Part shown: piece after piece, positions 8,734 through 18,284 of the stretch | How the letters are laid out: each line of letters starts with the position of its first letter | Numbering within the stretch: position 1 is the first letter of the stretch | Source: Eggerthellales bacterium | GTDB lineage: Bacteria > Actinomycetota > Coriobacteriia > Coriobacteriales > Eggerthellaceae | Reading direction: 5' to 3' | Length of the DNA: 64,000 nucleotides | Assembly: GCA_029006935.1 (NCBI GenBank) | Contig: JAQXGX010000111.1 | Span: forward strand, 6,178 to 70,177 | Notes under the pieces: generated by a model | The model's database searches: none | Told to the model about the DNA's origin: nothing | What the model saw: only the letters and a program-made list of their open reading frames with translations | Made by a program: the position numbers and the translations under genes

Positions 8734-10203
8734 CTAGTCCCGGGGGAAGCGCTGCACCCGCTGCAGGGACGCAGGCTCCTCCAAGGACTGCTCCTGCTGA
8801 GCGCCGCGGCGACGCAGCTCATCCAGCAGCTGCGGACCCATGGCGGTAACGTCACCGGCGCCCATGGTAATGACCAGGTCGCCGGCGCTGGCTATGTCTG
8901 CCATGAACCCGGGCACGTCCATGCGCCGGGGCACGTAGGCTGCGTCGGGACGACCCGGATGCTCCAGAACGGTGTTCAGGAACGTCTTGCCGTTCACCCC
9001 GGGCACGGGAGCTTCGCCGGCGCTGAACACGTCCATGAACGTGACCGTATGGGCGTTGTCGAAGGCGCTGGCGAACTCGTCTTTCAGCACCTGGGTGAAC
9101 AGACCCACGCGGGAGTAGCGATGGGGCTGGAACAGCACGTGGATGCGGTTGAAGTCAAGCTGGCTTGCGGCTCGGATGGTAGCGGCGATTTCCGTGGGAT
9201 GGTGGGCGTAATCGTCCACCACCGTGATGCCGGATTCCTGTCCCACCAGGTCGAAGCGCCTGCGAACGCCCGCGAACTCCGCCAGCTGGCGAGCAGCAAG
9301 GTCCACGTCCATGCCAAGGGCGTTGATAAGCCCCAGCACGCCGGCGGCGTTGAGCACGTTATGGCGCCCCGGATTCTGCTTCAGGCTGCCGGCGACCACC
9401 TTTCCCCCGGGCAGTTCCAGCTCGAAGGCGCTGCCCACGCCCTTTGCCTGGAAGGAGCGCACCACCACGTCGTTTTCCGGCCCGAAGCCGTAGGTGATCA
9501 CCTTGTCATGAGCCGCACGGGCAACGCGCACCAGCGCCTGGTCTTCACCGCAGGCCACCACTACGCCGTCCTCGGGCACCGAGCCTATGAACTGACCGAA
9601 CTGCTGGTAGATCTCATCCAGATCAGCATAATGGTCAAGATGGTCGGCCTCGATGTTGGTGACGATCACCGCCTTGGGGCTCAGATGGGTGAAGGACTTG
9701 TCGCTTTCGTCCGCCTCCACCACGTAGTGGGTGCCGGAGCCGGAATGGGCATTGGTGCCGTAGGCGCGAACGATGCCTCCGATCAGGAACGTGGGGGAAT
9801 CCCCCATGCCGTCAAGGACGCTGGCAAGCATGGAGGACGTGGTAGTCTTGCCATGAGTGCCCGCAACGGCCAGGGTGTCCAGGCCCTGGCCGAGCTGCGC
9901 CAGCATCTTGGCTCGATGCCAGATGGGAACGCCCAGCTCCTTTGCGGCCTGAAGCTCGGGATTGTTGTCCAGAATGGCGGTGGAGACCACGACCACGTCC
10001 ACGTCCTGGGGGATGTTGGAGGCGTCATGGCCGATGAACACCTTCACCCCAGCCTCTTCCAGCTGGGTGGTGTAGCGGCTCTGCTTCAGATCGGATCCGC
10101 TGACCTGCATGCCCTGGTCGCTGGCGACCCGGGCTATCCCGCTCATGCCAACGCCGCCGATACCGATGAAGTGAACCTTGCTGATTGTGCTCTGACCCGT
10201 CAT
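8734..10203 (-). CDS. murC: UDP-N-acetylmuramate--L-alanine ligase
   Basis: VHFIGIGGVGMSGIA N-terminus and Mur ligase GTHGKTTT P-loop. Confidence 0.95.
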   Translation of the reverse strand: MTGQSTISKVHFIGIGGVGMSGIARVASDQGMQVSGSDLKQSRYTTQLEEAGVKVFIGHDASNIPQDVDVVVVSTAILDNNPELQAAKELGVPIWHRAKMLAQLGQGLDTLAVAGTHGKTTTSSMLASVLDGMGDSPTFLIGGIVRAYGTNAHSGSGTHYVVEADESDKSFTHLSPKAVIVTNIEADHLDHYADLDEIYQQFGQFIGSVPEDGVVVACGEDQALVRVARAAHDKVITYGFGPENDVVVRSFQAKGVGSAFELELPGGKVVAGSLKQNPGRHNVLNAAGVLGLINALGMDVDLAARQLAEFAGVRRRFDLVGQESGITVVDDYAHHPTEIAATIRAASQLDFNRIHVLFQPHRYSRVGLFTQVLKDEFASAFDNAHTVTFMDVFSAGEAPVPGVNGKTFLNTVLEHPGRPDAAYVPRRMDVPGFMADIASAGDLVITMGAGDVTAMGPQLLDELRRRGAQQEQSLEEPASLQRVQRFPRD

Positions 10204-10223
10204 TGCGGTCCTTCCCTTTCCTC

Positions 10224-11321
10224 TTACCTAGATGCCGCGGCCTGCAAGACCACGTCAGCCAGCCGCCTGCCCGCATCCGCCGTCTTCTGGGCGCGAGCAG
10301 CCTGCCTCATGGACTCCCTCAGTTCCTCGTCCTGCACCAAGCGCAGTACCTGGGCGGCGAACTCCGGGGACTCGACCTGGTCGTCTGCAACCATGCTAGC
10401 GCATCCCGCCGCCACATAGGCCAGGGCATTGGTGGTCTGATGGTCTGCCGTGGCAAAGGGGAACGGCACCAGGATGGCGGGGATGGCCCGGGCCGAGATC
10501 TCCGCCAAGGACGTTGCCCCCGCCCGCGACACGATGCAGTCCGCCGCCGCCAGGGTTTCGCCCATGCGATCCTGGTAGCCCATGACCAGCCAGCGCTCCT
10601 GCTCCTGCTCGGACAGACTCAGGGCCTCCTGTACCGTTTCCAGCTCCTTGGGCCCGGTAATATGCACCACCCGCAGCCCGGGAACCCCCAGCAGCTGCTC
10701 CTTCATGGCGCACATCGCCTGGTTGATGTGACGTGCGCCCAGGCTGCCGCCAAAGACCAGCAGCATCACGTCTTCCTCGGGGAATCCCAGCAAGGCGCGT
10801 CCTTCGCTGCGGGTCGAGGACAGCACCGAGCTGCGCACGGGATTGCCCGTGACGATCGGATTGCGGGCTTCCGTCCCCTCCGCCGCAATGCCATAGGTCA
10901 GGCAGGTGGCGAAGGCCTTCTTGGACAGCTGTCTGTTGGCCATGCCCATGACCGAGTTCTGCTCATGCACCACCACGGGAATACCAAGCTGCTCGGCAGC
11001 CATGGCAACGGGGATGGACACGTAGCCGCCGAAGCCCACCACCACGTCCGCACCGATGTCCCGCAGCCACTTCTTGGCCCGTCGGGCGCTCTTCGCAATG
11101 GCAAGCACCCCCGTTACCAGCGTCCAGGGACGGCTGCGATCGAAACCCGACGCCTGGAAGGCCTCGAAGGAAATCCCCGCAGCAGGAACCAGCCGCGCTT
11201 CGACGCCATTGGGCGTACCCGCGAACCGCACCTGATGGCCCTGCTCCTGCAGCACCTCCGCCAATGCCAGAGCGGGATTGATATGGCCGGCGGTTCCTCC
11301 GCCGGAAAGTACTGCCAACAT
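10224..11321 (-). CDS. murG: undecaprenyl-PP-MurNAc-pentapeptide GlcNAc transferase
   Basis: MLAVLSGGGTAGHINPALALAEVL N-terminus typical of MurG. Confidence 0.95.
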   Translation of the reverse strand: MLAVLSGGGTAGHINPALALAEVLQEQGHQVRFAGTPNGVEARLVPAAGISFEAFQASGFDRSRPWTLVTGVLAIAKSARRAKKWLRDIGADVVVGFGGYVSIPVAMAAEQLGIPVVVHEQNSVMGMANRQLSKKAFATCLTYGIAAEGTEARNPIVTGNPVRSSVLSSTRSEGRALLGFPEEDVMLLVFGGSLGARHINQAMCAMKEQLLGVPGLRVVHITGPKELETVQEALSLSEQEQERWLVMGYQDRMGETLAAADCIVSRAGATSLAEISARAIPAILVPFPFATADHQTTNALAYVAAGCASMVADDQVESPEFAAQVLRLVQDEELRESMRQAARAQKTADAGRRLADVVLQAAASR

Positions 11322-11324
11322 GGA

Positions 11325-12716
11325 TTATCCCTTCCTTCCGTACCGTGAGCCGGACCTGCCGTTGCTGACGCCGCCCGGGGAACCGTAGGTCCCTCTTCCC
11401 TGGCTCCTTGTGAGGTGTCCCGTCCTTCCGCGAGCGCTTCCCCTGGTTCCCACCGCATGGAAATCGTCAGGGGAAAGGGATGACGAAGACTCCGCCCTGA
11501 CCACCCGCAGATCCCTGCGACGCCTCTGGGGCTCCCCGGAGGCTCTGGTCACGCACAGAATCACACCTATGAGCAGGATGGACGCCAACAGCGACGATCC
11601 ACCCTTGGAGATGAAGGGCAGGGGCTTACCGGTGATGGGCAGGATGCCCGCGCAGCAGCCCATGTTCAAGAAGGCCTGGAACACCAGCATAACCACCAAG
11701 CCCCCCGAGACGACCCGGGCGAAGGTATCGTCGCAGGAGCGGGAAAGGTACAGGCCCGCTGCCAGCAGGGCCAAGAACAGCAGGATCACCACCATAGCCC
11801 CCACCAGCCCCAGCTCCTCGCCCACGATGGCGAAGGCAAGGTCGGTTTCAGACTCCGAAAGCCAGTTGAACTTCTCATGGGAGTTGCCCAACCCCACACC
11901 CAGCAGACCGCCCCCGGCAAAGGCATAGCTGGCGCGAATGTTCTGAAGCCCGCTTTCGCTGCCGGCGCTTCCGTCGTTCCAGGGATCCAGAAACAACATG
12001 CGATCGGAGCGGTACTCGGTGAACGCCGTGCTCAGAACAACGAAGGCCACGGCAACGGCGACGGGGACCACGATGTAGCGAAGGGGGACCTCGGAAAACC
12101 AAAGGACAGCCAGGCATCCCACGGCAATGATCATGGTGCCGCCCAAGTCCGACTGGAACTTGTACAGCATCATCAGGGGTACGATGATCAGCACAAACAC
12201 AGCCAGCAAGAGCTTTGAGCTGTCCAAAGCCCCCTCCCGATAGTCCGCTGCTATCTTTCCCGCCATCACCACGAAGGCGATCTTGCAGAACTCCGTGGGC
12301 TGCACGGAAAAGCTGCCGATCACCACCGTCCTGGTAGCGCCCAGACGAAGAGAACCATACGCCATGGTGAACAGGATGATTGCCACGGCGAGCACCATGA
12401 GGAGATACGGGATCCAAGTCCTCCAGCAGGCTTGGGGAACAAGGTGCATGAGCGCCACGAAAACGATCCCGATAACAGCGAACAGAGCCTGCTTCACCAG
12501 GGAGTCGACCAGGCTGTCGGGAGCGTACTCCACGGCGCCTGCTCCGGCATCGGCAATGGCAGATGCCGCCTCCACAAGGTTCAGAGACGCCACGTAGGTG
12601 GTGGAGAACACCACCACCGAACCCAGCAGCACCAAGGCCAGCACTACCAGGCAAAGGGTCAGGCGGGGCGCGGCGAAGGGCGCCTCCAGGAAGCGGGGAA
12701 GATCACGATCGGACAC
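11325..12716 (-). CDS. ftsW: FtsW/RodA/SpoVE (SEDS) family protein
   Basis: Polytopic SEDS-like protein in the murD-ftsW-murG position. GTG start with GGGGGA RBS. Arg/Gly-rich C-terminal tail. Confidence 0.9.
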   Translation of the reverse strand: MSDRDLPRFLEAPFAAPRLTLCLVVLALVLLGSVVVFSTTYVASLNLVEAASAIADAGAGAVEYAPDSLVDSLVKQALFAVIGIVFVALMHLVPQACWRTWIPYLLMVLAVAIILFTMAYGSLRLGATRTVVIGSFSVQPTEFCKIAFVVMAGKIAADYREGALDSSKLLLAVFVLIIVPLMMLYKFQSDLGGTMIIAVGCLAVLWFSEVPLRYIVVPVAVAVAFVVLSTAFTEYRSDRMLFLDPWNDGSAGSESGLQNIRASYAFAGGGLLGVGLGNSHEKFNWLSESETDLAFAIVGEELGLVGAMVVILLFLALLAAGLYLSRSCDDTFARVVSGGLVVMLVFQAFLNMGCCAGILPITGKPLPFISKGGSSLLASILLIGVILCVTRASGEPQRRRRDLRVVRAESSSSLSPDDFHAVGTRGSARGRTGHLTRSQGRGTYGSPGGVSNGRSGSRYGRKG

Positions 12717-12725
12717 AGGGTCCCC

Positions 12726-14225
12726 CTAGCATCCGCGCAGGGCTGCCAAGCGGGCAACGTAGGACTTGAACTCCCGCCCACGATGCTCGAAGGAGTTGAA
12801 CTCGTCGAAGGATGCGCACGCGGGCGAAAGGGCCACCGCATCCCCGGGAACCGCCACCTCCAGGGCAGCTTCCAGGGCCTGCGCCAGCTTTCCCGCGGAG
12901 ATAACTGGTATGGCATCCTGCCCGGACTGGAAGGCCTGAGCGAACCGGGGGCCCGCATCGCCGAAGCACACCACGGCCCGAGCCACCTTGGAAGCTTCCT
13001 CGACCAGGGGAGTCAGGTCGGTGCCCTTGTCGCATCCTCCCAGGAGCAGGACCAGCTTTCCCGGCTCGAAGGCAGAAAGGGCCTTCAGCGTGGCATCGAC
13101 GTTGGTTGCCTTGGAGTCGTTGAAGCACCTGATCCCCGCAACGCTTCCGCACGGCTCTATGCGGTGCTCCAATGGCTGGAAGCTCAGCAGACCCTGCGTT
13201 ACCAAGGCTTCATCCACCCCTAGGCACAGCGCCGCCGCCGCAGCGCACAGTGCGTTGGATGCGTTATGGGTGCCCTTCAGGCTCATCTGATCAAAGGAGC
13301 ACAGGTCGAAGCGGGTTTTACCCAGATCCACCCGAAGGGTGCCTTCATCCAGAAACGCCGCGTTGCTGCTTCCGCACCGGTCGATCATGCTCTGGTCCAA
13401 GCCCGCCGCCGTACCCACGGGAACGTAGCCGAAGCCCCGCTCGTCCCGGCCAGCCGCTTTCAGCTGGCGCACCAGGGCCCGGGCTTCCTGGTCCGTGGCA
13501 TCAAGGACAGCCATGGCACCCGGCACCTTGCCCAGGTTCTGGAGTACCTTGCACTTGGCCTGTCGATACGCCTCGAAGCTGCCATGCCAGGACAGATGAT
13601 CAGGGGTTATGTTCAGGATCAGGGCAACCTGCGGGGCAAAGTCCACGGTAGAGGCAAGCTGGTAGGAGGAAACCTCCGCCACGTAGGTGTCCACCGCGCC
13701 CGATGCCACGGCATCGATGCAGCAGTCGCCGATATTACCCACAGCCGCGGCGTTTCTGCCCGCGACCTTGAGCAGGTGGGCGATCAAGGACGTGGTGGTG
13801 GTCTTTCCGTTGGTTCCCGTGACCGCAACCCAGACGGAACCTGCCGCGGACTCCCGCCAGGCGAACTCCACCTCGCTCACGATCTCCTTGGAAGCAGCCT
13901 TAGCGCTGGCATAGAAGTCCGCGTTCTGGGAAATGCCCGGGCTGACGATGCACAGGTCGTAGGACCCTTCGATCTGCTCGTGGTCAAATTCCACCACCGC
14001 CCCTGCCTGGCGCATACGCTGGGCAAAGGATTCGGCGTCATCAGAGCGCCTGCCCGCGGCAATAGCCAGGGAGCGCACTCGGGTGCCCAGCAGGTCGGCG
14101 CAGTAGGACGCGGCCGCGCGGCCGCTTTTTCCCAGGCCAAGCACAAGCACGCTCCCAAGATCCTTGGGAGCCTGCTTCTTTCCTGCAAGATTGTGTTCCA
14201 TCGGTAACTGGTTCGTTTGAGTCAT
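12726..14225 (-). CDS. murD: UDP-N-acetylmuramoylalanine--D-glutamate ligase
   Basis: VLVLGLGKSGRAAA Rossmann N-terminus, GTNGKTTT P-loop, cluster position. Confidence 0.9.
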   Translation of the reverse strand: MTQTNQLPMEHNLAGKKQAPKDLGSVLVLGLGKSGRAAASYCADLLGTRVRSLAIAAGRRSDDAESFAQRMRQAGAVVEFDHEQIEGSYDLCIVSPGISQNADFYASAKAASKEIVSEVEFAWRESAAGSVWVAVTGTNGKTTTTSLIAHLLKVAGRNAAAVGNIGDCCIDAVASGAVDTYVAEVSSYQLASTVDFAPQVALILNITPDHLSWHGSFEAYRQAKCKVLQNLGKVPGAMAVLDATDQEARALVRQLKAAGRDERGFGYVPVGTAAGLDQSMIDRCGSSNAAFLDEGTLRVDLGKTRFDLCSFDQMSLKGTHNASNALCAAAAALCLGVDEALVTQGLLSFQPLEHRIEPCGSVAGIRCFNDSKATNVDATLKALSAFEPGKLVLLLGGCDKGTDLTPLVEEASKVARAVVCFGDAGPRFAQAFQSGQDAIPVISAGKLAQALEAALEVAVPGDAVALSPACASFDEFNSFEHRGREFKSYVARLAALRGC

Positions 14226-14285
14226 GTTCTTACCACCGTGATATTGGGATATGGAGTTGTAATATGCGTAACGGCTATTCTACCC

Positions 14286-15323
14286 CTAGAGCAGCGTGTC
14301 TGCGAAGTAGATGAGGAATCCCGATGCGGCAAGGGCGCCGGATACGATCCAGAAGCGCACCACCACCTTGGTTTCGCTCCAACCCTTCTTCTCGAAATGA
14401 TGGTGGAGGGGCGCCATCAGGAAGATGCGCTTGCGGGTCTTCTTGAAGTAGAGCACCTGGATCATGACGGAAAGGGCCTCCGCCACGAACAGACCGCCGA
14501 TGATCACCACCAAGAACTCGGTCTTGGTCAGAACCGCAAGGCAGCCCAACGCCGTGCCCAGGGCAAGGGAGCCGGTGTCTCCCATGAAGATGTCTGCCGG
14601 GAAGGAGTTGAACCACAGGAACCCGATGCAGGCGCCCGCCACGGCTGTTGCAATGACCGCGGAGTTGATCAGGTCGGCACGATAGGCAATGGCCGCCATG
14701 ATCAGCATGACGAACATGACCGTGCCCGCCGCCAGGCCGTCCAGGCCGTCGGTAAGGTTCACCGCGTTGCACATGCCCACGATGAGCACGTCCACGAAGA
14801 TCAGGTACAGCCAGGGAACGGCAATGCCCGGGCCCACGGGAATGACCGTGGTAAGCACCCCCAGGTCAAAGGTGTATATGAACGGGATGGTGACCGTGGG
14901 CTCGATTCCCACCAGGTTAACCGCCGCCAGGCAGAACACCGTGGCGATGGCGAACTGGAAGATCAGCTTCTGTCGGGGAGTCAAGCCCAGGGAGCGCTCG
15001 AAGATCACCTTGGAGCCGTCGTCGATCAGGCCCACCACGCCCGTAACCAGGATGGCGGCCATGCAGGTGATGGTGTCGGCGCCGGGGCGGGCAAGCAGCA
15101 GCACAGCCACCACCACGGCGACCAACATGACCACACCGCCCATGGTGGGGGTTCCCTGCTTGACCAGATGACTCTGGGGTCCGTCGGCGCGAACCTGCTG
15201 TCCAATGGCCTTGGCCCGCAGGACCTTGATCCATCCCGGAGTCAGGACCATGGTCACCACCGCGGCGATCACGATGGACAGAAACACCAGAAACGTAGGG
15301 TACGACGAGAAAACGGAGAGCAT
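14286..15323 (-). CDS. mraY: phospho-N-acetylmuramoyl-pentapeptide transferase
   Basis: ...GPQSHLVKQGTPTMGG...NAVNLTDGLDGLA...FMGDTGSLALG... MraY motifs. Confidence 0.95.
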   Translation of the reverse strand: MLSVFSSYPTFLVFLSIVIAAVVTMVLTPGWIKVLRAKAIGQQVRADGPQSHLVKQGTPTMGGVVMLVAVVVAVLLLARPGADTITCMAAILVTGVVGLIDDGSKVIFERSLGLTPRQKLIFQFAIATVFCLAAVNLVGIEPTVTIPFIYTFDLGVLTTVIPVGPGIAVPWLYLIFVDVLIVGMCNAVNLTDGLDGLAAGTVMFVMLIMAAIAYRADLINSAVIATAVAGACIGFLWFNSFPADIFMGDTGSLALGTALGCLAVLTKTEFLVVIIGGLFVAEALSVMIQVLYFKKTRKRIFLMAPLHHHFEKKGWSETKVVVRFWIVSGALAASGFLIYFADTLL

Positions 15324-16775
15324 CTACCTCACCAGTCCTTCGGCAATCTTTTCCAGGCCCATGTAGTGGGAAGCCTTCACCAGCAGAGCATCCCCTTCTT
15401 CCAGCAGCGGGTCCACCAGCTCCAGGGCTTCCTGGGCCTGATCAACGCACAGAACGGACGAAGCGTCCATCCCCGCCTCCCGAGCAGACCTTGCCATGGA
15501 GCGGGAAAGGGGGCCCACGCATACCAGCAGGTCAAGGGGAAGGGAAGCTGCCAGGGCACCGGTTTGACAATGCCCCTGCTCCTCGAAGTCTCCCAGCTCT
15601 CCCATGTCCCCCAGCACCGCGATGCGCCTGCCGGGAACCTGCAGGGCGCAGAAGGTCTGCAGGGAGGCGCGCATGGAGTCCGGGTTGGCATTGTAAGCAT
15701 CGTTCATCACGGTGAAGCCCCGGGAAGACAAGGTGATCTCCTGACGTCCTGACTCAGGCTGGGCCTGGGACAGCGCCTGTGCGATCAGGGAAAGGTCCAT
15801 ACCCGCCTTCCAGCCCACCGCCGCAGCGGCGCAGGCGTTCTGCACGTTATGCAGCCCCCGCAGGGCCAGGATGCAGGGCACCGCCAGCTCCTGGGACCCG
15901 GAAACGCGCAGGGTGAAGGAGGCACGGCCCTGATCGTCCAGGGAAATGCCCTCCGCCCAGACCCGGTCGTCCTTGGTCGCCCGATCCTGGGCGTTGGGGG
16001 CGCCGTCGTACACCACAACCTGCACGCCGCGCTGATCCAGCCGCGCCACCTCCCTGACCAGGGGGGTGAAGGGATCGGCGCCGTTCAGGAAGGCTACGCC
16101 CTTGCCGTCGGGCAAAGCGCTCATAAGCTCCGCCTTGGCCCGGGCAATGTTTTCCCGGGAGCCGAGCAGCTCCATGTGGCTGGTGCCGACGTTGGTGATG
16201 ATGCCCCAGGAGGGCTGGACAAACGAGCACAGCCCGCTGATCTGGTCCAGGCCCCTCATGCCCATCTCCACCACCACCGCCTCGGTGCCTTGCTGGGCGG
16301 AAAGAAGCGTGCGGGGCACTCCCAGCTCGTTGTTTTGGTTGGCGCGGGTGGCCACCACGCTCATATGGGCGGAAAGGACGTCCCGCACCAGGTTCTTCGT
16401 AGTGGTCTTGCCCGTGGAGCCCGTCAAGCCGATGACGCGGCCGGAAAGCAGCTGCCTCCAGCCCCGGGCCAGGTCGGTGACCGCCCGGTAGGTGTCCTCC
16501 ACCCGGACCAAGGCACCGCCATGTTCCCGAACGGCGTCCAGGGCCTGCGGGGTGGGCTCTTCGCACACCAGCGCAACCTTTGCCCCGGACCCGAAGGCCG
16601 CGGCAACGAAGTCGTGGCCGTTCACCCGCTGCCCCTTCAGGGCAACGTACAGGTTCCCGGGAGCAACCTCCCGGGAGTCCCAGGTGATTCCCTGGGCCAC
16701 GGGATTGCTTCCGGGCACGCTTTCAAGCAGCTGACCTGCGGTCAGCCGCGCAATCTGCTCTGCGGAAAGACGCAT
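15324..16775 (-). CDS. murF: UDP-MurNAc-tripeptide--D-Ala-D-Ala ligase
   Basis: Mur ligase with GSTGKTTT P-loop, between murE and mraY. Confidence 0.9.
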   Translation of the reverse strand: MRLSAEQIARLTAGQLLESVPGSNPVAQGITWDSREVAPGNLYVALKGQRVNGHDFVAAAFGSGAKVALVCEEPTPQALDAVREHGGALVRVEDTYRAVTDLARGWRQLLSGRVIGLTGSTGKTTTKNLVRDVLSAHMSVVATRANQNNELGVPRTLLSAQQGTEAVVVEMGMRGLDQISGLCSFVQPSWGIITNVGTSHMELLGSRENIARAKAELMSALPDGKGVAFLNGADPFTPLVREVARLDQRGVQVVVYDGAPNAQDRATKDDRVWAEGISLDDQGRASFTLRVSGSQELAVPCILALRGLHNVQNACAAAAVGWKAGMDLSLIAQALSQAQPESGRQEITLSSRGFTVMNDAYNANPDSMRASLQTFCALQVPGRRIAVLGDMGELGDFEEQGHCQTGALAASLPLDLLVCVGPLSRSMARSAREAGMDASSVLCVDQAQEALELVDPLLEEGDALLVKASHYMGLEKIAEGLVR

Positions 16776-16786
16776 GATTCCCCTCT

Positions 16787-18274
16787 TTACCCGCGAGCCT
16801 TCGCAGCACGGGCGAACTCCTCGGCAACGACCTCGCGGTCATCGAAGTGGACCTTCACCTTGCCGATGATCTGATAATCCTCATGTCCCTTGCCTGCCAC
16901 CAGGACCGCATCCCCCGGCTGGGCCAAGGCGATGGCCCGAGCGATGGCGTCACGCCGGTCGGGCACTACCTCGAAGCGGCCCTTGCCGGCCTCCATTCCG
17001 GAGACGATGTCGTCGATGATGGCTCGGGGATCCTCGGTACGGGGATTATCGCTGGTCACGATCACGTAGTCAGCAGCAAGGGAAACCCGGCCCATGATGG
17101 AGCGCTTCGTGGCATCTCGATCGCCACCGCAGCCGAACACCACCAAGGTGCGGGACGGCTTCAGAGCGATGATGGAGCCCAGGGCCTTTTCCAGGGCGTC
17201 GGGAGTATGGGCATAGTCCACGAACACGTCCACACCGTTACTGTATTCCGAGATCACCCGCTGCAGGCGCCCGGGAATGCCCGGGGCGGTGCTCAGGCCG
17301 GTGATGATGGTCTGGGAGTCAAGACCCAGGCACATGCCTATGCCGAAGGCGTTCATGACGTTGGATACGTTGAAGCGGCCTACCAGCGGATAGGCAAAGG
17401 AATACTCCCTGCCGCAAACGTCCAGGGTGACCTGGGTGTTGGTGCTGGAGTAGTCCACCTTCACAGGATGGATGTCGGCCCCTTCGTCAAAGCCGAAGGT
17501 AATCACGTAGTCGCCGGCATCCTTGCAGCGCTTGGCCAGGGCAGCGCCCCACTTGTCATCCACGCTAACAACCCGCTTTGCCGGATAGTCCGAGCCGAAG
17601 AGCTTCGCCTTGGCCTCGAAGTACGCCTCAAACGTGCGATGGTAGTCCAGATGATCCTGGGTCAGATTGGTGAAGGAGGTGACCGCGAAGGTGGTGGAAT
17701 AGGGCCGCATCAGGTCAAGGGCATGGGAGCTTACCTCCATGGCGACCACGTCGGTTTCCACATCCCTCATGCGGGCGAATAGCTCCTGCAGATCCGGGGA
17801 TTCCGGCGTGGTGTGAGAGGCCTGCTCCATACGACCGTCGATCAGGTTGCCCGTGGTGCCGATGATGCCGCACTTCTTCCCCGCCGCCTTCGCCAGGCTT
17901 TTCACCAGGTAGGTGGTGGTGGTCTTACCGTTGGTGCCGGTCACACCCACCAACTGCATGAAGCGGGAGGGATTGCCGTAGTAGCGGGAGGCCGCCTGCG
18001 CCATGGCGCGGCGGGTGTCGTCCACCACGACCAGCGTCACGTCGGAGGTGTCCACCAGGTACAGCTTCCGCTCCACCACCAGGACCTTGGCTCCTCGGTC
18101 AATGGCATCCTGGGCAAAGGTATGTCCGTCCACCACGGTGCCCACGATGCAGAAGAAGGCATCTCCGGGAACCACCTTGTCGCTTCGATAAGCAAGTCCG
18201 GTGACCAGCTCGTCCTGGTTGCCGATGATCGTTCCCTCGAGCCCCTTGAACAGCTCTCCACACGTCTTGCCCAT
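16787..18274 (-). CDS. murE: UDP-MurNAc-L-Ala-D-Glu--2,6-diaminopimelate ligase
   Basis: GTNGKTTT P-loop. The DNPR motif (VTSDNPRTEDP) is associated with meso-DAP-adding MurE. Start ATG 18274 with AAGGCAGG RBS rather than track start 18313. Confidence 0.9.
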   Translation of the reverse strand: MGKTCGELFKGLEGTIIGNQDELVTGLAYRSDKVVPGDAFFCIVGTVVDGHTFAQDAIDRGAKVLVVERKLYLVDTSDVTLVVVDDTRRAMAQAASRYYGNPSRFMQLVGVTGTNGKTTTTYLVKSLAKAAGKKCGIIGTTGNLIDGRMEQASHTTPESPDLQELFARMRDVETDVVAMEVSSHALDLMRPYSTTFAVTSFTNLTQDHLDYHRTFEAYFEAKAKLFGSDYPAKRVVSVDDKWGAALAKRCKDAGDYVITFGFDEGADIHPVKVDYSSTNTQVTLDVCGREYSFAYPLVGRFNVSNVMNAFGIGMCLGLDSQTIITGLSTAPGIPGRLQRVISEYSNGVDVFVDYAHTPDALEKALGSIIALKPSRTLVVFGCGGDRDATKRSIMGRVSLAADYVIVTSDNPRTEDPRAIIDDIVSGMEAGKGRFEVVPDRRDAIARAIALAQPGDAVLVAGKGHEDYQIIGKVKVHFDDREVVAEEFARAAKARG

Positions 18275-18284
18275 GATACCTGCC